A stretch of 64,000 bases of DNA, from the NCBI GenBank assembly GCA_028534125.1, contig CM052816.1, forward strand, positions 30,382,001 through 30,446,000, given 5' to 3'. The notes under the pieces are model-generated. The model searched no databases. It worked only from the letters and a program-made list of their open reading frames with translations, and was not told where the DNA came from. Shown in pieces: positions 9,541 to 22,781 of this stretch (within the stretch, counting starts at the first letter, position 1; each line of letters begins with the position of its first letter). The position numbers were made by a program, and so were the translations under genes. This stretch comes from Lama glama. Its lineage: Eukaryota.

Positions 9541-12500
9541 CCTTCCTTCATCTTTGTAAGTGAAATATAATTCCTAGCCTTCTTTGGAGTTTTTTAGCCA
9601 TAGTCCCTGAGATCTTCACTCTGCTTGGTCACAGCTTATTGGGTCAAAGAGGGCATATGAGCCAAGGTGGACATCTGTTGCACTGACCACTGAATTGATG
9701 AGTGGCTCTTATGGAAGCCTGATGTTAGACGACTGGACGATGACCACAGCCTATAATGGACATTGTCAAAGCCAGCCAGAACCTCTGTGTTTTGAGAAGT
9801 CTGAATTTGAAATATTCAGAAAAACAATTTGTTGGAGTAAAGTTCTACTGTAAGGAGAAGCGGGTGTGTGCTGCCAAAGATGACTACTTTAACTGAGTTC
9901 CTAGACTTAGGAGGAAGAAGTGACCACAGAAGAGAGGAGGCAGTTAAACTGGAAGACACTTGTGCCAAAGGTAAACTTAAACAGATTTACAACCTTGTCT
10001 GGACTTGCTCAGGACTAAGGCTGCAGTGACAAGAGGCTCACTAAAACACGAACTTGAAGGATACTGGATAGAAAGGGCCACACTTAAAATCTTAAGTCTA
10101 AAATCCACTTGGTAACGCTCTAGGAAACTTCTTCCGTTCCTACATGTATTTGTCTGTAATTCCAACTTACTTTTGCTTTCTTAAAAATTAGCCCGTTAGC
10201 GCATACTGAAGTCTCTGCAAACGAGAGTAGCCGATGCCAGTGATTGGTTAGGACTGTTAAGAGAATATGAGAAATAAACCAAATAGAAAAAAAAAATTTT
10301 TTTTAAGTAGAAGTGAGGCTATTTCTGCAAAGGAGATACTTTACTATCATAATATGACACTGCTTTCTGTACAGTGTATCTAAATTATATTTTCCAGTCA
10401 ATTTTGTGGAAAATATTTTGATATTACTTTCTCCAAGGTATGCTGTTTGCTTTTTCTACTTCCTCCCACTTCCCCCATGAGACTCAATTGTCCCAAATAA
10501 TTTATTGGTAGGTAAATCTATTTGGACATTAGTATTTATGTAACACAATGGATGGAACTGACATCAACATTTTCCATGATAGAATGCAAAAAATATTGTA
10601 AAGGGAGGAGGCATGAGAGACGTCCTGGAGCTGCTGATGAAAGCCAGCGTTTTCTAGTGCCTTGCTCCCAGTGGTGGGGCCACTGGTTCACATTCAGTTT
10701 TTCATTTAATCCTGTGAAAAATGTATGTCGACCTGAGGCCAAGAAGGATTAAAAGGTACTGATTAGGCAATGATTTAAGGTTGGAACAGAAAAAGAGGTT
10801 GATTGTGATGCCACCGAGTATGGCGGCCAACGAGAAAGCCCATGCACGACTAACCGCGGAGTGTTTGCAGAAAAAGAGGGTGGGTAGTAAGTGCACCATT
10901 CCACCATTCTACAGAAGCCTCTCTGTGGGTCCTTCAAGGAAGGTGCAAAGTGATGCCCCACCTAAACAGAGCTCACTCTCTGAGAGAGCCCTGACCGCTG
11001 CTGCCTACTGGCCATTTTCATGACAGCAGAGTGCATCTTCTCCACTCCACCCTCCCGTAATCCATAATCTGTTTCTCTTGCACTTATCAAAAATGCCAAA
11101 ATCTCAGTTGCACTGTCTTAAGTTCTTCTCTCTCACTTATTCCAAATTTCTGACTCATTTCCAGTCATAAGGTTTCCCTGATCCCAGGGCTAATGTCTAA
11201 CTTCCAATTATATTACCTTAACTTGACATGGCTTAAGCTATCTTTTCTCCTAGACTCCTTCCTTAACCCTTGGTGAAGCACTTTTAACTTCAAACATAGA
11301 ATTCAAACAGGTATACACGGCAAAGAATGAGGCAACTGCAGGTACTCTAAATGAACATCCTGTAAGGTGTTCATGGGATTTCCAGTAACTAAATGCAACC
11401 AAAGTAGTCTTTCAGAGAAGAAGCAGAGAGAATCATCTGTCCTTTGTAATCTGCTAATGAGATATTTTCACAATTTTTATTAACAATGGAAGTCTGATGT
11501 TAGAATTTTTACATATTGTGAATGTTTATTTTCATATATGCATGATTCCATAGTTCATGTTGCTTTTAATTCCCATTCGCCTTGTTAAGATGACTTATAT
11601 CCTTAACTCAGCAGGGCAATGCAACATTATTTGTGGGAAATTTTTGCAACTAACCACATCCCAGAGTAATTTCAAGTAATAATGTTAAATGAGGTACAAA
11701 TTACAGGGAAATGTAGTTCGAAAATTGTTGCCTAATGAATAGGAAAAAAATATTTGAAGCATCAACCAGAGATTAAAAATGCAGATTCAAATGTGAAATT
11801 TGGAATGATTTTGAATGTTGCATCAAAACAAGTAAAAAGCAACTTCTACTCCCAGGAAGCCCATGGTTTTGGAGGAGCAATCAAAGCTATTCTGGAAGAA
11901 TTTAAGGGCAAAATGGATGGCCCCCATTAGTTGTGTCTCATTTCTGAGTATTACTTGGGAGAGGAATTTTTGCTAGGAAAAAAAAAATAAAGTTTTAATA
12001 CTGGCTTCCTGGTGTAATAAGATTCACTCTGAACCCATAGTACCCATTAGTCCTCCTTTCCTACTAAAGCCGAAGTGTAAAGGAAAAAAAAAAAAAGGTA
12101 AAGCACATATATACACACACAAAACCCAAAACCAGTGGAAGTAGAAAGAAGTGAATTAACAGGAATTTTATGTTTTTACCAAAAAAGATGATCCTTAACA
12201 TATTTCAATATACTGTTTGCGAGGGCTTTGATGCTGAACACAACCCTGTTTTCTAACACGTCCACTCTCAAGCCATCCCTAAAAACTTGCAGCGTTGCGT
12301 TGGTCTTATTAAATAGTACCAGTATTTAAAAGGATAATTCAGAATATAGCGTTCCTTTGTAAAATTTCTTTAGCCAAAGAGCTAAATTTATACAGACACA
12401 ATGCATTTCTTTTGGTTTTTTTATTCACATTAAATCCAAGAGTTAGAAAGGAAGTAGGGCAGTAGTTACATTAGGACGGCTGCCAAATAGGCGCACATAA

Positions 12501-14299
12501 AAGTCAGAGAGGCTGACCCTCCTGGGAGAGGTTAGCGGCTCCTTGGGAAGTGTGTTGGCCGAGTGTCACTCAGTAGCTGAGGTATTGATTCGGAGGGTTA
12601 GTTCTTCAGGCTCCACCCTGTCGTAGACGTTTGTCTTCATTATCTGTTTCATCTGGCAGCTATTTGGTGTGACTGCAGTTCTATTTCTAACAGCTGGGTT
12701 TTATCATTAAAAAGTCTTGAGGTTAGAGGGCATTTTTGCAGGCCACTGACTACTATCCGTCATTAATTCATTAACTGAGTTCCTTCTGTAGAATGTAGAA
12801 CCTACTTCTGCTAGAATAATTCTACTGGAATGCCTCTGGGGCCCGGGGCTCACAACTCCATTGTTGAGGGGCTCTTGTTGTTAGGAAGTCATTTTTTAGA
12901 CCTGAAATCAGTATCTTTAGGGCTGCCTGTGAGCATTTGTATGGTCTTGCTAGGTTAGCTTGCTTATTGAGTAGCTTGTTAAATTTTCAGTTGATCAACA
13001 TCCAACAAAAAGTTAGAGTAGAAAGTGGCCTTCTTTGTCTTCCGATCCATTGTCATAGTTTCGGTGGCACAGAAAACTGGATTTAAAGGTCAACTGCTTT
13101 CAGGATCTGGATATGCTTAATTCCATGATGTCTTGTCACTGCTTCTCTCCCCTAGATGCACACGCCAGCTTCACAAAGTAGATACACACACGCACACATA
13201 TAAAATGGCCCCCATTAGTCTTTAGGGACCTGTTGTTCTTAACCCCCAATGCCATCTCCTGGTGAGATGGTTGAACCCCATGAAGAGCTCTTTTGCCTGC
13301 AGAAGGCAGCCAACATTCCACATATAGATGTATATTCATATAAAGGGGATATAAAACCTACTCTTGGAAATTTAGGAGAAAGAAAGTTTTTTCTAAAATT
13401 TAGGAATGAAACTGCCCACACCAGCAAGATGTCTTCTGATAGAAGGGCCAACAACTGTCAGAAAAGTCTGCAAAAGCAGGACAGCATTTCTCTCGCCTGG
13501 TGGCCTTTGACCCCGCTGCCTCTTGTGGCTGTGATGCTACAAATCTACCAGGTGCTTAGTTTCTCATCTACTCTTTGGGGTTTTCATATCAGATATCATT
13601 TATATCATAGTGAGAGGTGAAGAAAATTACTCAGAAAGGCACTGAAAAATAATCTGTTTTTGGCACAAGAGTTCCCGGTCATGCTTGAGTCATTCATTTG
13701 AGTGCCTTGCCTCACAGCTGAACTGTGATAGATAATTTTTGAATTGAGTTACTGGTGAACATAATAAAGTGATAAGGGCTTTATTGGAACCTGTCCCATT
13801 TATGATACTCAATAGAGGTCCCGTTCGGCTTTTCAGTTTGCTGTGTGTAGCTAAAGTAAGATAATTTTCATGTGGTTCACTGGAACAATTCAGTCTGAAT
13901 GAATAGTGAAGAGTTCTCCTTAGAAAACACAAAGAGGGTACAGTGTCTTTAGTATTAAGTTCAGGGAACCCAATATCTGTGCCTGGTATCTGATTCTTTT
14001 TAACATTTTGGTGAGTGACCTCCAAGAAGGTATTTTAAATTTAAGAAAACCAAAACTATCTATAATCTCTAGGTAATTTCATAAGCATATGAATTACCAA
14101 AATGATGTACATGAGATTTAGAAAGATAACAGTGGAAGAGATACGGGAAATTTGAAGTCATGGGAGGGAGGGCTTTTGGAAAGGGGTACTTTTCCTTGGG
14201 CCTTCTAGTCTTTAGCTCTTCAGTCTTTTAGTTGCCTCCTTCATTTGAGAAGCTCTCTGCCAGGTAAGTCATGTTAGGAGGCAGAGCCACCTCCCATCT

Positions 14300-14756
14300 A
14301 TAAGCTGGGAAACCCAGATCTTCACCATTTAGGCAGAGGAGGGAGATTCTAACACTTGGAAGCCGAGTCTGGAGCTAATAATGCAAAAAAGGCAGAGGCA
14401 AGAGACAGTTTGTTCTGGGGCACTGAGACATTGAAACCAACTCCAGCTTCCAAGGGTGGTGGTGGAAGGACACCAGCAGGCAGCATCCTTTCAGGGGGTG
14501 GTGCTGGACCAGGTCTGTGTCTCCCGTCCACAGGTCGTTGCGGTGGTGTTCTCACCACGCTGATCCTCAGTGTGATTTTGGATAGGGTTCGAGCTGTACA
14601 TATTCATGTTTCCTTAGCCATTTTGTGACTCTGTGAGTCACCCCCAAATGGTGTGTATTTTAAATATAAAATATTTTATATGTAGTTTAATTTTTCATTC
14701 TGTTTGAATCAGTCACACTTTGTTCCTGCTGCTTGCAGTCAAGAGTGCTAGACAAG
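14300..14756 (+). mobile_element. Degenerate MaLR/ERVL LTR fragment
   Basis: The 3' end 'ttcctgctgcttgcagtcaagagtgctagacaa' resembles MLT1/LTR33-type termini. The 5' boundary is uncertain. Confidence 0.35.
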
Positions 14757-15574
14757 CTACTATGCATGATTGAAATTAACCCTCTAAGGACGTGAAACAG
14801 TAAGAATTTTATGTATCTTCGCTTCCTTGTCCTCATCATACAGAGTCATTCTCTGTTCTTGTCCCACACTAGTCGCTCTGGGCAGGAATAATTTAAGATG
14901 CTGAAACACTGAAGTAAACTATTCCAAATGGGCTATACTATACTCTTAGCAGCTTTCAAAATAAACACTGTTAAATTTTAAGTGATTTAATATTTAGAGC
15001 GATTCTGTTTCACATAGTGAAAGAATCCACTTAGTAATAGGAGGATGGGAAGACTTTAGGACCGTTCTCTATTTAAAAGGATAATGCCTCTGTTTTAAGG
15101 GCTTGTGTCAAAGAGGAGACCACTGTTACGATCAGTTCGTTATACTCTCACTTTTGTCTGCTGTCTGACTTCTGGCTGATTTTAGTATTGGTCTGGTATT
15201 AAAATCTTCTTTTCCTCTTAGCTGCCTCCCAGAAGCTGTTTTTAAAAATTCTTAACCACCAGTTGATATCCTCGACAATCAGGAGGCTCTAACCGTAGTG
15301 CGTAGCACACGTTACATCAGGACACTGCACTGGCCTTAGTCCACGTCACTCGTTACATCACTAAAAAGGAATCATGGCATTATATTTCGGATGAGAAATA
15401 ATACTAGCAAGTGTGCAAGTGTGTACCTTGTGCTCTTTCCCTCTGAGACCTGGGTGGTTTTCTTTTACCCTTATCCTCCCTGTGCCCTGCTTTTATTCCT
15501 GAGAACTTTCCCCGTGTCAGAGGGAGTGTTGACGGAGGCAGGGCGGGGAGCGTGAGAACAGCAATAATTCCTAA

Positions 15575-15765
15575 CACTAGCTAACATCTCGTGTGTTGTG
15601 CTCCACGCCAGGCACTGCCCTGGATCCAGCACGTACTGGGGTCTGGTTAAGGTTCCCCACAGTCGCACCAGGCAGACACTCGTGGTCCTATTTCTCATGA
15701 AGAGTCTGAAACTTAGTAAGATTAAGGGGTTGTCCCTGTTCATGCAAGGAAGGTAGGGTTTGTAT
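15575..15765 (-). mobile_element. MIR SINE
   Basis: 'gctaacatctcg...gccaggcactgccctg...ctgaaacttagtaagattaaggggttgtccctgttca' matches the antisense MIR core. Confidence 0.6.
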
Positions 15766-15980
15766 CTTTAAATTCCATACTTAAACGTCTGAGCCTTTTG
15801 CCTCTTTTTATATAATGACGTTCCATTCTCAGGGTGTGTGTCCACCAAGAAAAACTCAGTAGCAATATATTTACTGAGATGAAGGACCCATAGGCAGGGA
15901 CCCATGGTATCTATCTTTGTAACTCTTGATCTTAAACTTTTTTGGATCACAGATACTCAGAATCTAGTGAAAATTATGTG

Positions 15981-16008
15981 TACACACACACACACACACA
16001 CACACACA
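15981..16008. repeat. (CA)n microsatellite
   Basis: About 13 perfect AC units. Confidence 0.95.
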
Positions 16009-16691
16009 CCCCCGTATCTATGTATATATGCACATATATAATTTTGAGCTCACTCATTAATTTTAGTATAAGATCTGGCTTTAGATGCCTGTGCATTGCC
16101 TTATATACTACATGAGCGCAGTACTTGAATGACAAAATATTGTAGCTTATGATGTATAGATAATATTCCAAATATCATAATTTCATATGTTTATATTGCA
16201 TGTGGACACAGAAACTTTGAGAATCCTTCTCGGGATTCTGATACCTACTGCTAACCATTATTATTGACAATGGATGAGTTCCCAAGGGACCAGGGTTGGT
16301 GATTGACAGAAGAGCTTATCCAAGTCCCCTGATATACATAACACAGCTCATTGTAATGCTCATTACTGTTAAATAATAATGTGATTGCTGTCAACATTAT
16401 TCAATTAACATGAAACTTTTAATATCAGTTAATTCACTGAGAACGGTGTAGGAAATGTGTTGTTCCTCATCAATTCATTATTTCCTCTTGATATTTTGGG
16501 AGTACTCAGCCTATCACTCAAGAACATGGCCTTTTAAAAGGACCAGGTATCCTAAAAAGACAGCATTCATGGGATTTTAACTATCATTTAAAAATGTTTT
16601 TGAAACAGTATCATTTCATTGAGAGATGAGAGCGTCTGAGAGATGGAGACCTTTATCACATGGGGTACGTTTCCCAGTAGTTAAGGCATCC

Positions 16692-17119
16692 TGTGTAGAG
16701 GATGCTGTGGTGTGCCCCCTCATCTTTTTTTCGGGACCAAGGCACTTACTTCCTCAGTGCGTGTGAGTGAGGGATGGTCTTTGTCTGTTGATGATGCACA
16801 GCTGAGTTCCCCTCAGTGCTGGCCCTCAGAGAGCCGCCTGGCCCAGACTCAGACTCTCATCTGATGACTGGCTGATGGAGAAGTACTGAAGGCTGACTGC
16901 CTTCTGGGTCTGGGACAGTCCTGAAAGCCCACACCAGTTCCAGAGCCCCCCCGCAGAGCTGACTGAGGCCTCTGTTGGAAACCCAATCACATTTCAGCTT
17001 CTCCTTCTGCCCCGTTTCCCTCACTTCCTTCAAGTTATGCCCAACATCACTCCCCAACAAACCTCCTGCAAGCAAACACCCGTATCAGAGTCTTTTCCTC
17101 AGGAAACCAACCCAAGACA
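16692..17119 (+). mobile_element. ERVL solo LTR (LTR16C-like), full length
   Basis: Begins TG (tgtgtagaggatgctgtggtgtgcccc) and ends CA (aaacctcctgcaagcaaac...tcagagtc...ggaaaccaacccaagaca). The flanks catcc/cattt could be a decayed 5-bp TSD. Confidence 0.75.
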
Positions 17120-18175
17120 CATTTAGAAAGGTCTTGAGACTGTAATGTCCTAGGACAGTATTCTCCTAGTCTGCAAGGCTCTCTAAGCAGTTGCCACTTG
17201 GCAATGGAACTTTCTTTCTTTGGTGCCAGATACTAAGCTTCTATGCTGTAGGAATATAATTGCCTGGTGTAACCTGTTTTTATACTTCAGTGGTAAGTCA
17301 TGATATGTTGGAATGTTATGTTTAAAATATAAGAGGATTGTTGGCTTATCTGAACATTTGAAAAGGATGGACAAGCTGCTTGTCCCTGGGGAGCCCAGAT
17401 CTATGTGGCTTTGTGCTTTCTTGTTCAGCCTTAGTGGTAGTGCCACAGTCAAATGGTTCTTTGAATGGCTGTTTCTTCAGACAGGCCATGGCAATAAGGC
17501 CGACACACAGAAGCTGTTGTGTTCTCTGTAGTCAGCTACAGAAAGAGAGTTTCTCTACCGGCTGCACAAGGGCAAGGGGGCATCAGTGTCCTCATCCTTT
17601 CTCACCAAAACTCTAACTGAGGTGATGAAAACTTCTTTTTAATTGACAGCTGTCCCTTTCTCCCACACTGGAAGACAGAACACAGCTAGAAGTAATGTCT
17701 GTGTTTTATTCATGTATTTTGAATCCTTTTCTGCATCATAAAGCCCTACTCATCTAGGAAAGTCTAGTTGCAGATTTAGAACTAGAAATGATCATCAGAC
17801 TGATCCAAGAGACCTCAGTACATTGATTTCATTTTACTGTTAATCTTAAAATAATTTTAGAATTTGAAAGGAAGAAAAAAGGACACAATCATTATAGATA
17901 GTTACAAAGCAAAGAATAAAATGTCACTCTCCATCTTACCAATCCCTCTCCCTGAAGGCAACTACTTTTGATATTTTTTTTGAAGGGTGGATCTTTCTGG
18001 GGAACAGAATCATATGCACATGTGGCACGCACATGCACGTGTACCCAGTCCAGAAGCTCCCCCCAGTCGGCTTCCAGTCAGGTTTGGATGCCCTTTTGCT
18101 AAGAATTCAGCAGAGGAAACTTTGAAAAACCCTGTGCTGAGTGTGTCTCTTTGGTTGTGTTGTGAGTTTTCCTAG

Positions 18176-18221
18176 GTTTATCTCACCAGAATCTCAGTAT
18201 GAGATGCTGCCTTATGCACAG
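18176..18221 (+). other. Candidate 46-nt exon
   Basis: gttttcctag|GTTTATC...GCACAG|gtgagg. One open frame reads FISPESQYEMLPYAQ. No homology recognised. Confidence 0.15.
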
Positions 18222-19358
18222 GTGAGGTCAGTGAGCAGTTTCCCTCTACCTTTCATTCTGTTTTCACAGCGTGTGACTCCAGCCATGAGGAACAAAGCTG
18301 TTGCCTGCAGATAAAATGCCACATAAACAAGTTGACAAGGGTGGAAAACATATGGCAAAGTTGGTGCATGTTGTTAGAGGTGAATTCCATTTGAAATCAT
18401 CTTTATAATTACTGCACACTTGGCTGTGATGATGTGCAACCAAAATATCTAGTTATTCCATTAAACAGTCATTCAGAAAAGGAAAATGAAAGAAAAAAGG
18501 CAGCCAATTCAGTACACTTGCATATGTGTGATGGTGGGGGTGAGGGATGGGGAATAAAACTTCTATAATAATTAGATAAAACTCATGATTGACTGAAATT
18601 TCCACCTTTCAATCAACTATTTTTTTATAACAATAAGCATTAGAGATGAGTAGAAATTAAATAAAAAGTGAGCTGAATGTGTAATTTGCTTTCTTATTGG
18701 CATGGAACTTTATTTAGATCCTTCCTTAATGCTCATTTAATCCTTTATTTATTTCGGTATTTACTGACATTCAGCCTTGTGCAAAGCTGGGCTTAAAAAG
18801 CTGAAGATAGCTGGTGAAAAAGCCAAAGTTCTTGACCTCTACTGCTAACATTTAGCAAGGAATCAGACTCATTAACTTAAAAATATGTCTCTAACTGGTT
18901 TATTGGATAGTCTAAACATTGTGGGCTTTATTTTTCTTAAATCACTGACATTGAAGATGCAGGTAGTCTGGTAAGAGAAGGCTGTTACTGTTTAGTCCTA
19001 CTGCACAAATTTGGTTCTCAGTTAGTTAATAGATGCCTTACCAAAGGAAAGAGCTTTAAGTAGTCTTGGAATATCCTGTGAGCTTTTAAGAAGTAATTGC
19101 TCTTAGCAGGTTAAAACATACTTGGGTACTATGTCTGAAATTGACTTGCCTCCTTTCCTTACATGGTCAGCAATTAACTGAAAAAGTTCAGAATACAATG
19201 TAATCATCAGTTAGTTACTGTTAACCCTGGGAAACAAAAGTTAATTTCAAATAAGATGTGAAATCAACCACACACACACACACACAGATGCATGATCAAG
19301 GGCACGTTTTGTTCGTTTGCTCTTTCTTTGCCTCCCCCTTACTCCTGCTGGTTACTAG

Positions 19359-19415
19359 GTCAGCAGAAGGAGGTGTAGGAGAAGAAAGGCACAGCCAGCA
19401 CTGTGCCTTCTCCAG
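19359..19415 (+). other. Candidate 57-nt cassette exon
   Basis: A long pyrimidine tract from about 19307 ends ...ttactag|, the body is purine-rich (GAAGAA), and the donor is CAG|gtgaga. The length is a multiple of 3 and two frames are open. Confidence 0.22.
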
Positions 19416-21192
19416 GTGAGAAGCAGGCATCTGCGTCTGAGTTCGCACACAGCTCTAGCACTTGGTGATGCGAGCAGCGTTCTCAGAACTCTGCCACGTG
19501 ACCCACAAGGTGGTGGGTCACCTGGGGATGAGCCTTTGAGTTCTCTAGCTCCCCGAGCTTCCAGCCTGGAAGGAAAATAAGTAGCCTTTAAGTAGCCTAC
19601 CTCCAGGAGTGTTCTCTCCAGGGATGGAAATACTACTCCTGTGTTTTTTCCTGAAGGGAAAAGTTGAATAAAAGCATACTTATTCCTTACTTTTATCATT
19701 TCCCTTCAAAGAATTCTGTCTCAAATCTCTAGTCTTCTCTTAAGTGGCTTGGTTGGGACCATGGTGACTGGGCGGTTTTGCTGCCCTTTAGTAAGTCCTG
19801 CACAGATGTTTCTAGTACCTCTCTTCAGGTTGCCTGGTTGCTTACCAAGATTTGTCCTCATCCTCTGGCCTTGGTGAAAATTTGCAGACAACAGAAGTCC
19901 CATTTAGTATCCTGTTACCTATAATTTAATTACAAGTAATCATATATGCTACGTGAGAAAAATGAAACCAGATAAGGGAAAAGAGAGTAACAGAGTAGCT
20001 TATCTTTCCCAAGGCAGAGAGGGAGGGGGGAAACTCCCTTCTCCCTTCCTCCTGCTCCTAGTTTCCTGCCAGGACTTGCCTTAGATAAAACCCAGTCCAT
20101 CGCCCCATGATGGGGAAGCCTGAGAATGCAGCCTGGAGGAGTCACTGAGCCAAGGTACAACTGAGCAGAGCTGGCCGAGTGTTGTGGACCTGAGGGCGCA
20201 GGGGCGATTCGCAGGCCAGCTCCTCTAGATTCACTACTATCTGACTGTAGCTTGGCGAGCCAGAAAAGGGCTGGATTTTAACTGTTTAATCACTTTAGGT
20301 TTCAAAAAATTTCCCTTTTTGGGTCAGAAGAAAAAGTGATGGAATTTCAGCTCACAGCTTGACTGAGCTTTCAGAGAATTGTTTTCTCCAGTGAGCTCTG
20401 TGTGAGGATCCTTCAGACAGAAGACAGCACGCTTTGAGGAACAGAAAGGGAACATAACAACAGCCTCTTTAATCCCTCTGTCTGTAGAACCCTGTGTGTT
20501 TCAAGTTTTTCCTGGCTTTTATTTAATTCATGAAAAGCTGTTATTAAAATATAAAGTCAGTTCTATTTTTTTCACTCTGATACCCTCTTATTTATAAATA
20601 AGATGCATATACTTAAATATAAGATGGGTTTCTAAACACTACAGAGGACTCTCCAATGATATTATAAAGCAGAAAAATAAAACCAGAATTTTTATGTTTT
20701 TGAAGCTTTATTTTAATTCTGTTGTTTTATAATAACATATAGACTTAGTTATTTATATATACCTCAAAGTAGAATGTTTTAGAATTTCACATTCATTCAT
20801 AAGGTACCATTTTATATGCTAGTGTTTTTCCATGCTACAGAACACTGCTCACATCAAATAATATTTTTGCAACTTAGATTAAATTGTGCTTTTATATGGT
20901 AAAACTATTTTGTAAAACTTTATAATCTTCAGGAAAGCCATTTTCCCTGAGTTCCTCACTTTGAATTTTATGCACAATCATGTCTAAGTGTTCTTAATCA
21001 GATTAAAATTGATTCCCACATTATTACTTAAATCATCAGAGGAGCAGATGTCAAGCTTGTCATCAGTTTTCTGTTCCAATTTAAAAGTCCTCGCTGGACA
21101 TACATCTTACCATTTCACCCTATGTCTCTAGACTTATTTGTTCTACTATCTGGGAAGCAGAAGTTTTTCCTGAGTGTAGATTCCTTTCTATC

Positions 21193-21272
21193 TGTGTGTG
21201 TGTGTCTGTATAACTGTATGTATATGTATATGTGTATGTGTATATATAATATATATAATATGTATATATATA
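21193..21272. repeat. Compound (TG)n/(TA)n low-complexity microsatellite
   Basis: tgtgtgtgtgtg...tatgtatatgtatatgtgtatgtgtatatataatatatataatatgtatatatata. Confidence 0.85.
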
Positions 21273-21597
21273 CTTTTCTTCTCTGCATGTGACTCATGAA
21301 CTCCATTTCCTTTAGTATTTTATTAATATTGTGTGTTAAAGTTGAATGAATAGAGTTGGCATAACACAAACCTCACTTCTCCTCCCCACGCAGAAGAGAA
21401 AAAAAAGAACTTTCAACAAAGATGCTCATTTTATAGGTCACTTAAATTGCCCTTACCTAAGAAAATACAGTCTGGGTTTTGTTTTAACTGCTGGGGATAC
21501 AGAACAGTAATACATACTTCCTATACTCAGGGAGTTTCCAACAATTAAGAAAGAGTAGGGCATCTTGTTTGTTTGAAATGTTAACTTCAGGGTCCAG

Positions 21598-22455
21598 AAC
21601 TTTTAAGTGTACAGTTGTGTCATTGAGCACATTCACATTGTCCTACCCTCACCCCCATGGGTCTACAGAGCTCTTTTTGAAACTCTGTACCTATTCAACA
21701 ATAACTCTTCGTTGCCTACTCACCATAGCACCAAGGAGCCACCATTCTGCTTTCTGTCTCTCTGATGTTGACTATTGTAGGTACCTCATATAAGTGGAAT
21801 CATACAGTATTTGTCCTTTTATGACTGACTTATTTCACTTGGCATAATATCCCCAAACTTCACTCATGTTGTAGCGTGTGTCGGGATTTCCTTCCTTTTT
21901 TCGGTTAAATAAATAATAATTAAATAATATGTATCTACTGCATTTGTTTATCCATCCTTCTGTTGATGGGCAGTTGGATTGGTTCTATGTTGGCTTTTGC
22001 AAATAATGCAGCTAGGAATATGGGAATACAACTGTTCAAGACCCTGCTTTCAATTATTTTGAGTATATGCCCAGAAGTGAAATTGCTAGATCATATGGTA
22101 ATTCTGTTTTTAAGTGTTAAGAAACTATTATACTGCTTTCCTTAACAGCTGCACCATTTTACATTCCCACCAGCAATGTATAATGAATAAGGGTTTCAAT
22201 TTCTCCATATCTTGCAACATTTGTTATTCTCTGGGTTTGTGTGTGTGTGTGTGTGTTTGTGTGTGTGTGTTAGTAGCCACTCTGTTGGATGTGAGATGCT
22301 ATTTCGTTGTGGTTTTGATTTGCATTCAGCCAGTGATTAGTGATGCTGAGCATCTTTTTTGTGCTTATTGGACATTTGTATATCTTCTTTGATCAACTGT
22401 AGTCATTTGCTCATTTTAAAAATTGGATTGGGTGTTCTTGTTACTCTGTTGTAGG
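21598..22455 (-). mobile_element. L1MB-type 3' end with an internal (GT)n at about 22237-22270
   Basis: 'ttttaagtgtacagtt...gcacattcacattgt...aggtacctcatataagtggaatcatacagtatttgtcctttt...atatgcccagaagtgaaattgctagatcatatggtaattctg' follows the L1MB antisense consensus. Confidence 0.9.
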
Positions 22456-22593
22456 CCTATTTAAACATTGTAAATTAGTTAACTAATACCTTAATTATTT
22501 CAGTAAATATTTATTGAGCACCATTTGTATATTTAGTGTTCATTATTGAGACTTTATTAGGGAATTTATTTTGACATAATATATGAAAATTCA

Positions 22594-22781
22594 AATTGTA
22601 GAATAGATGAAGAAGATTACACTGTATAGCACAGGGAAATATACACAAAATGTTATGATAACTCACAGAGAAAAAAATGTGACAATGAGTGTGTATATGT
22701 CCATGAATGACTGAAAAATTGTTCTGAACACTGGAATTTGACACAACATTATAAAATGATTATAAATCAATAAAAAAAAAG
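22594..22781 (+). mobile_element. Young 5'-truncated L1 3'UTR insertion with a perfect 15-bp TSD
   Basis: Ends aataaaaaaaaa. The sequence atatatgaaaattca occurs at both 22579-22593 and 22782-22796. Confidence 0.92.
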
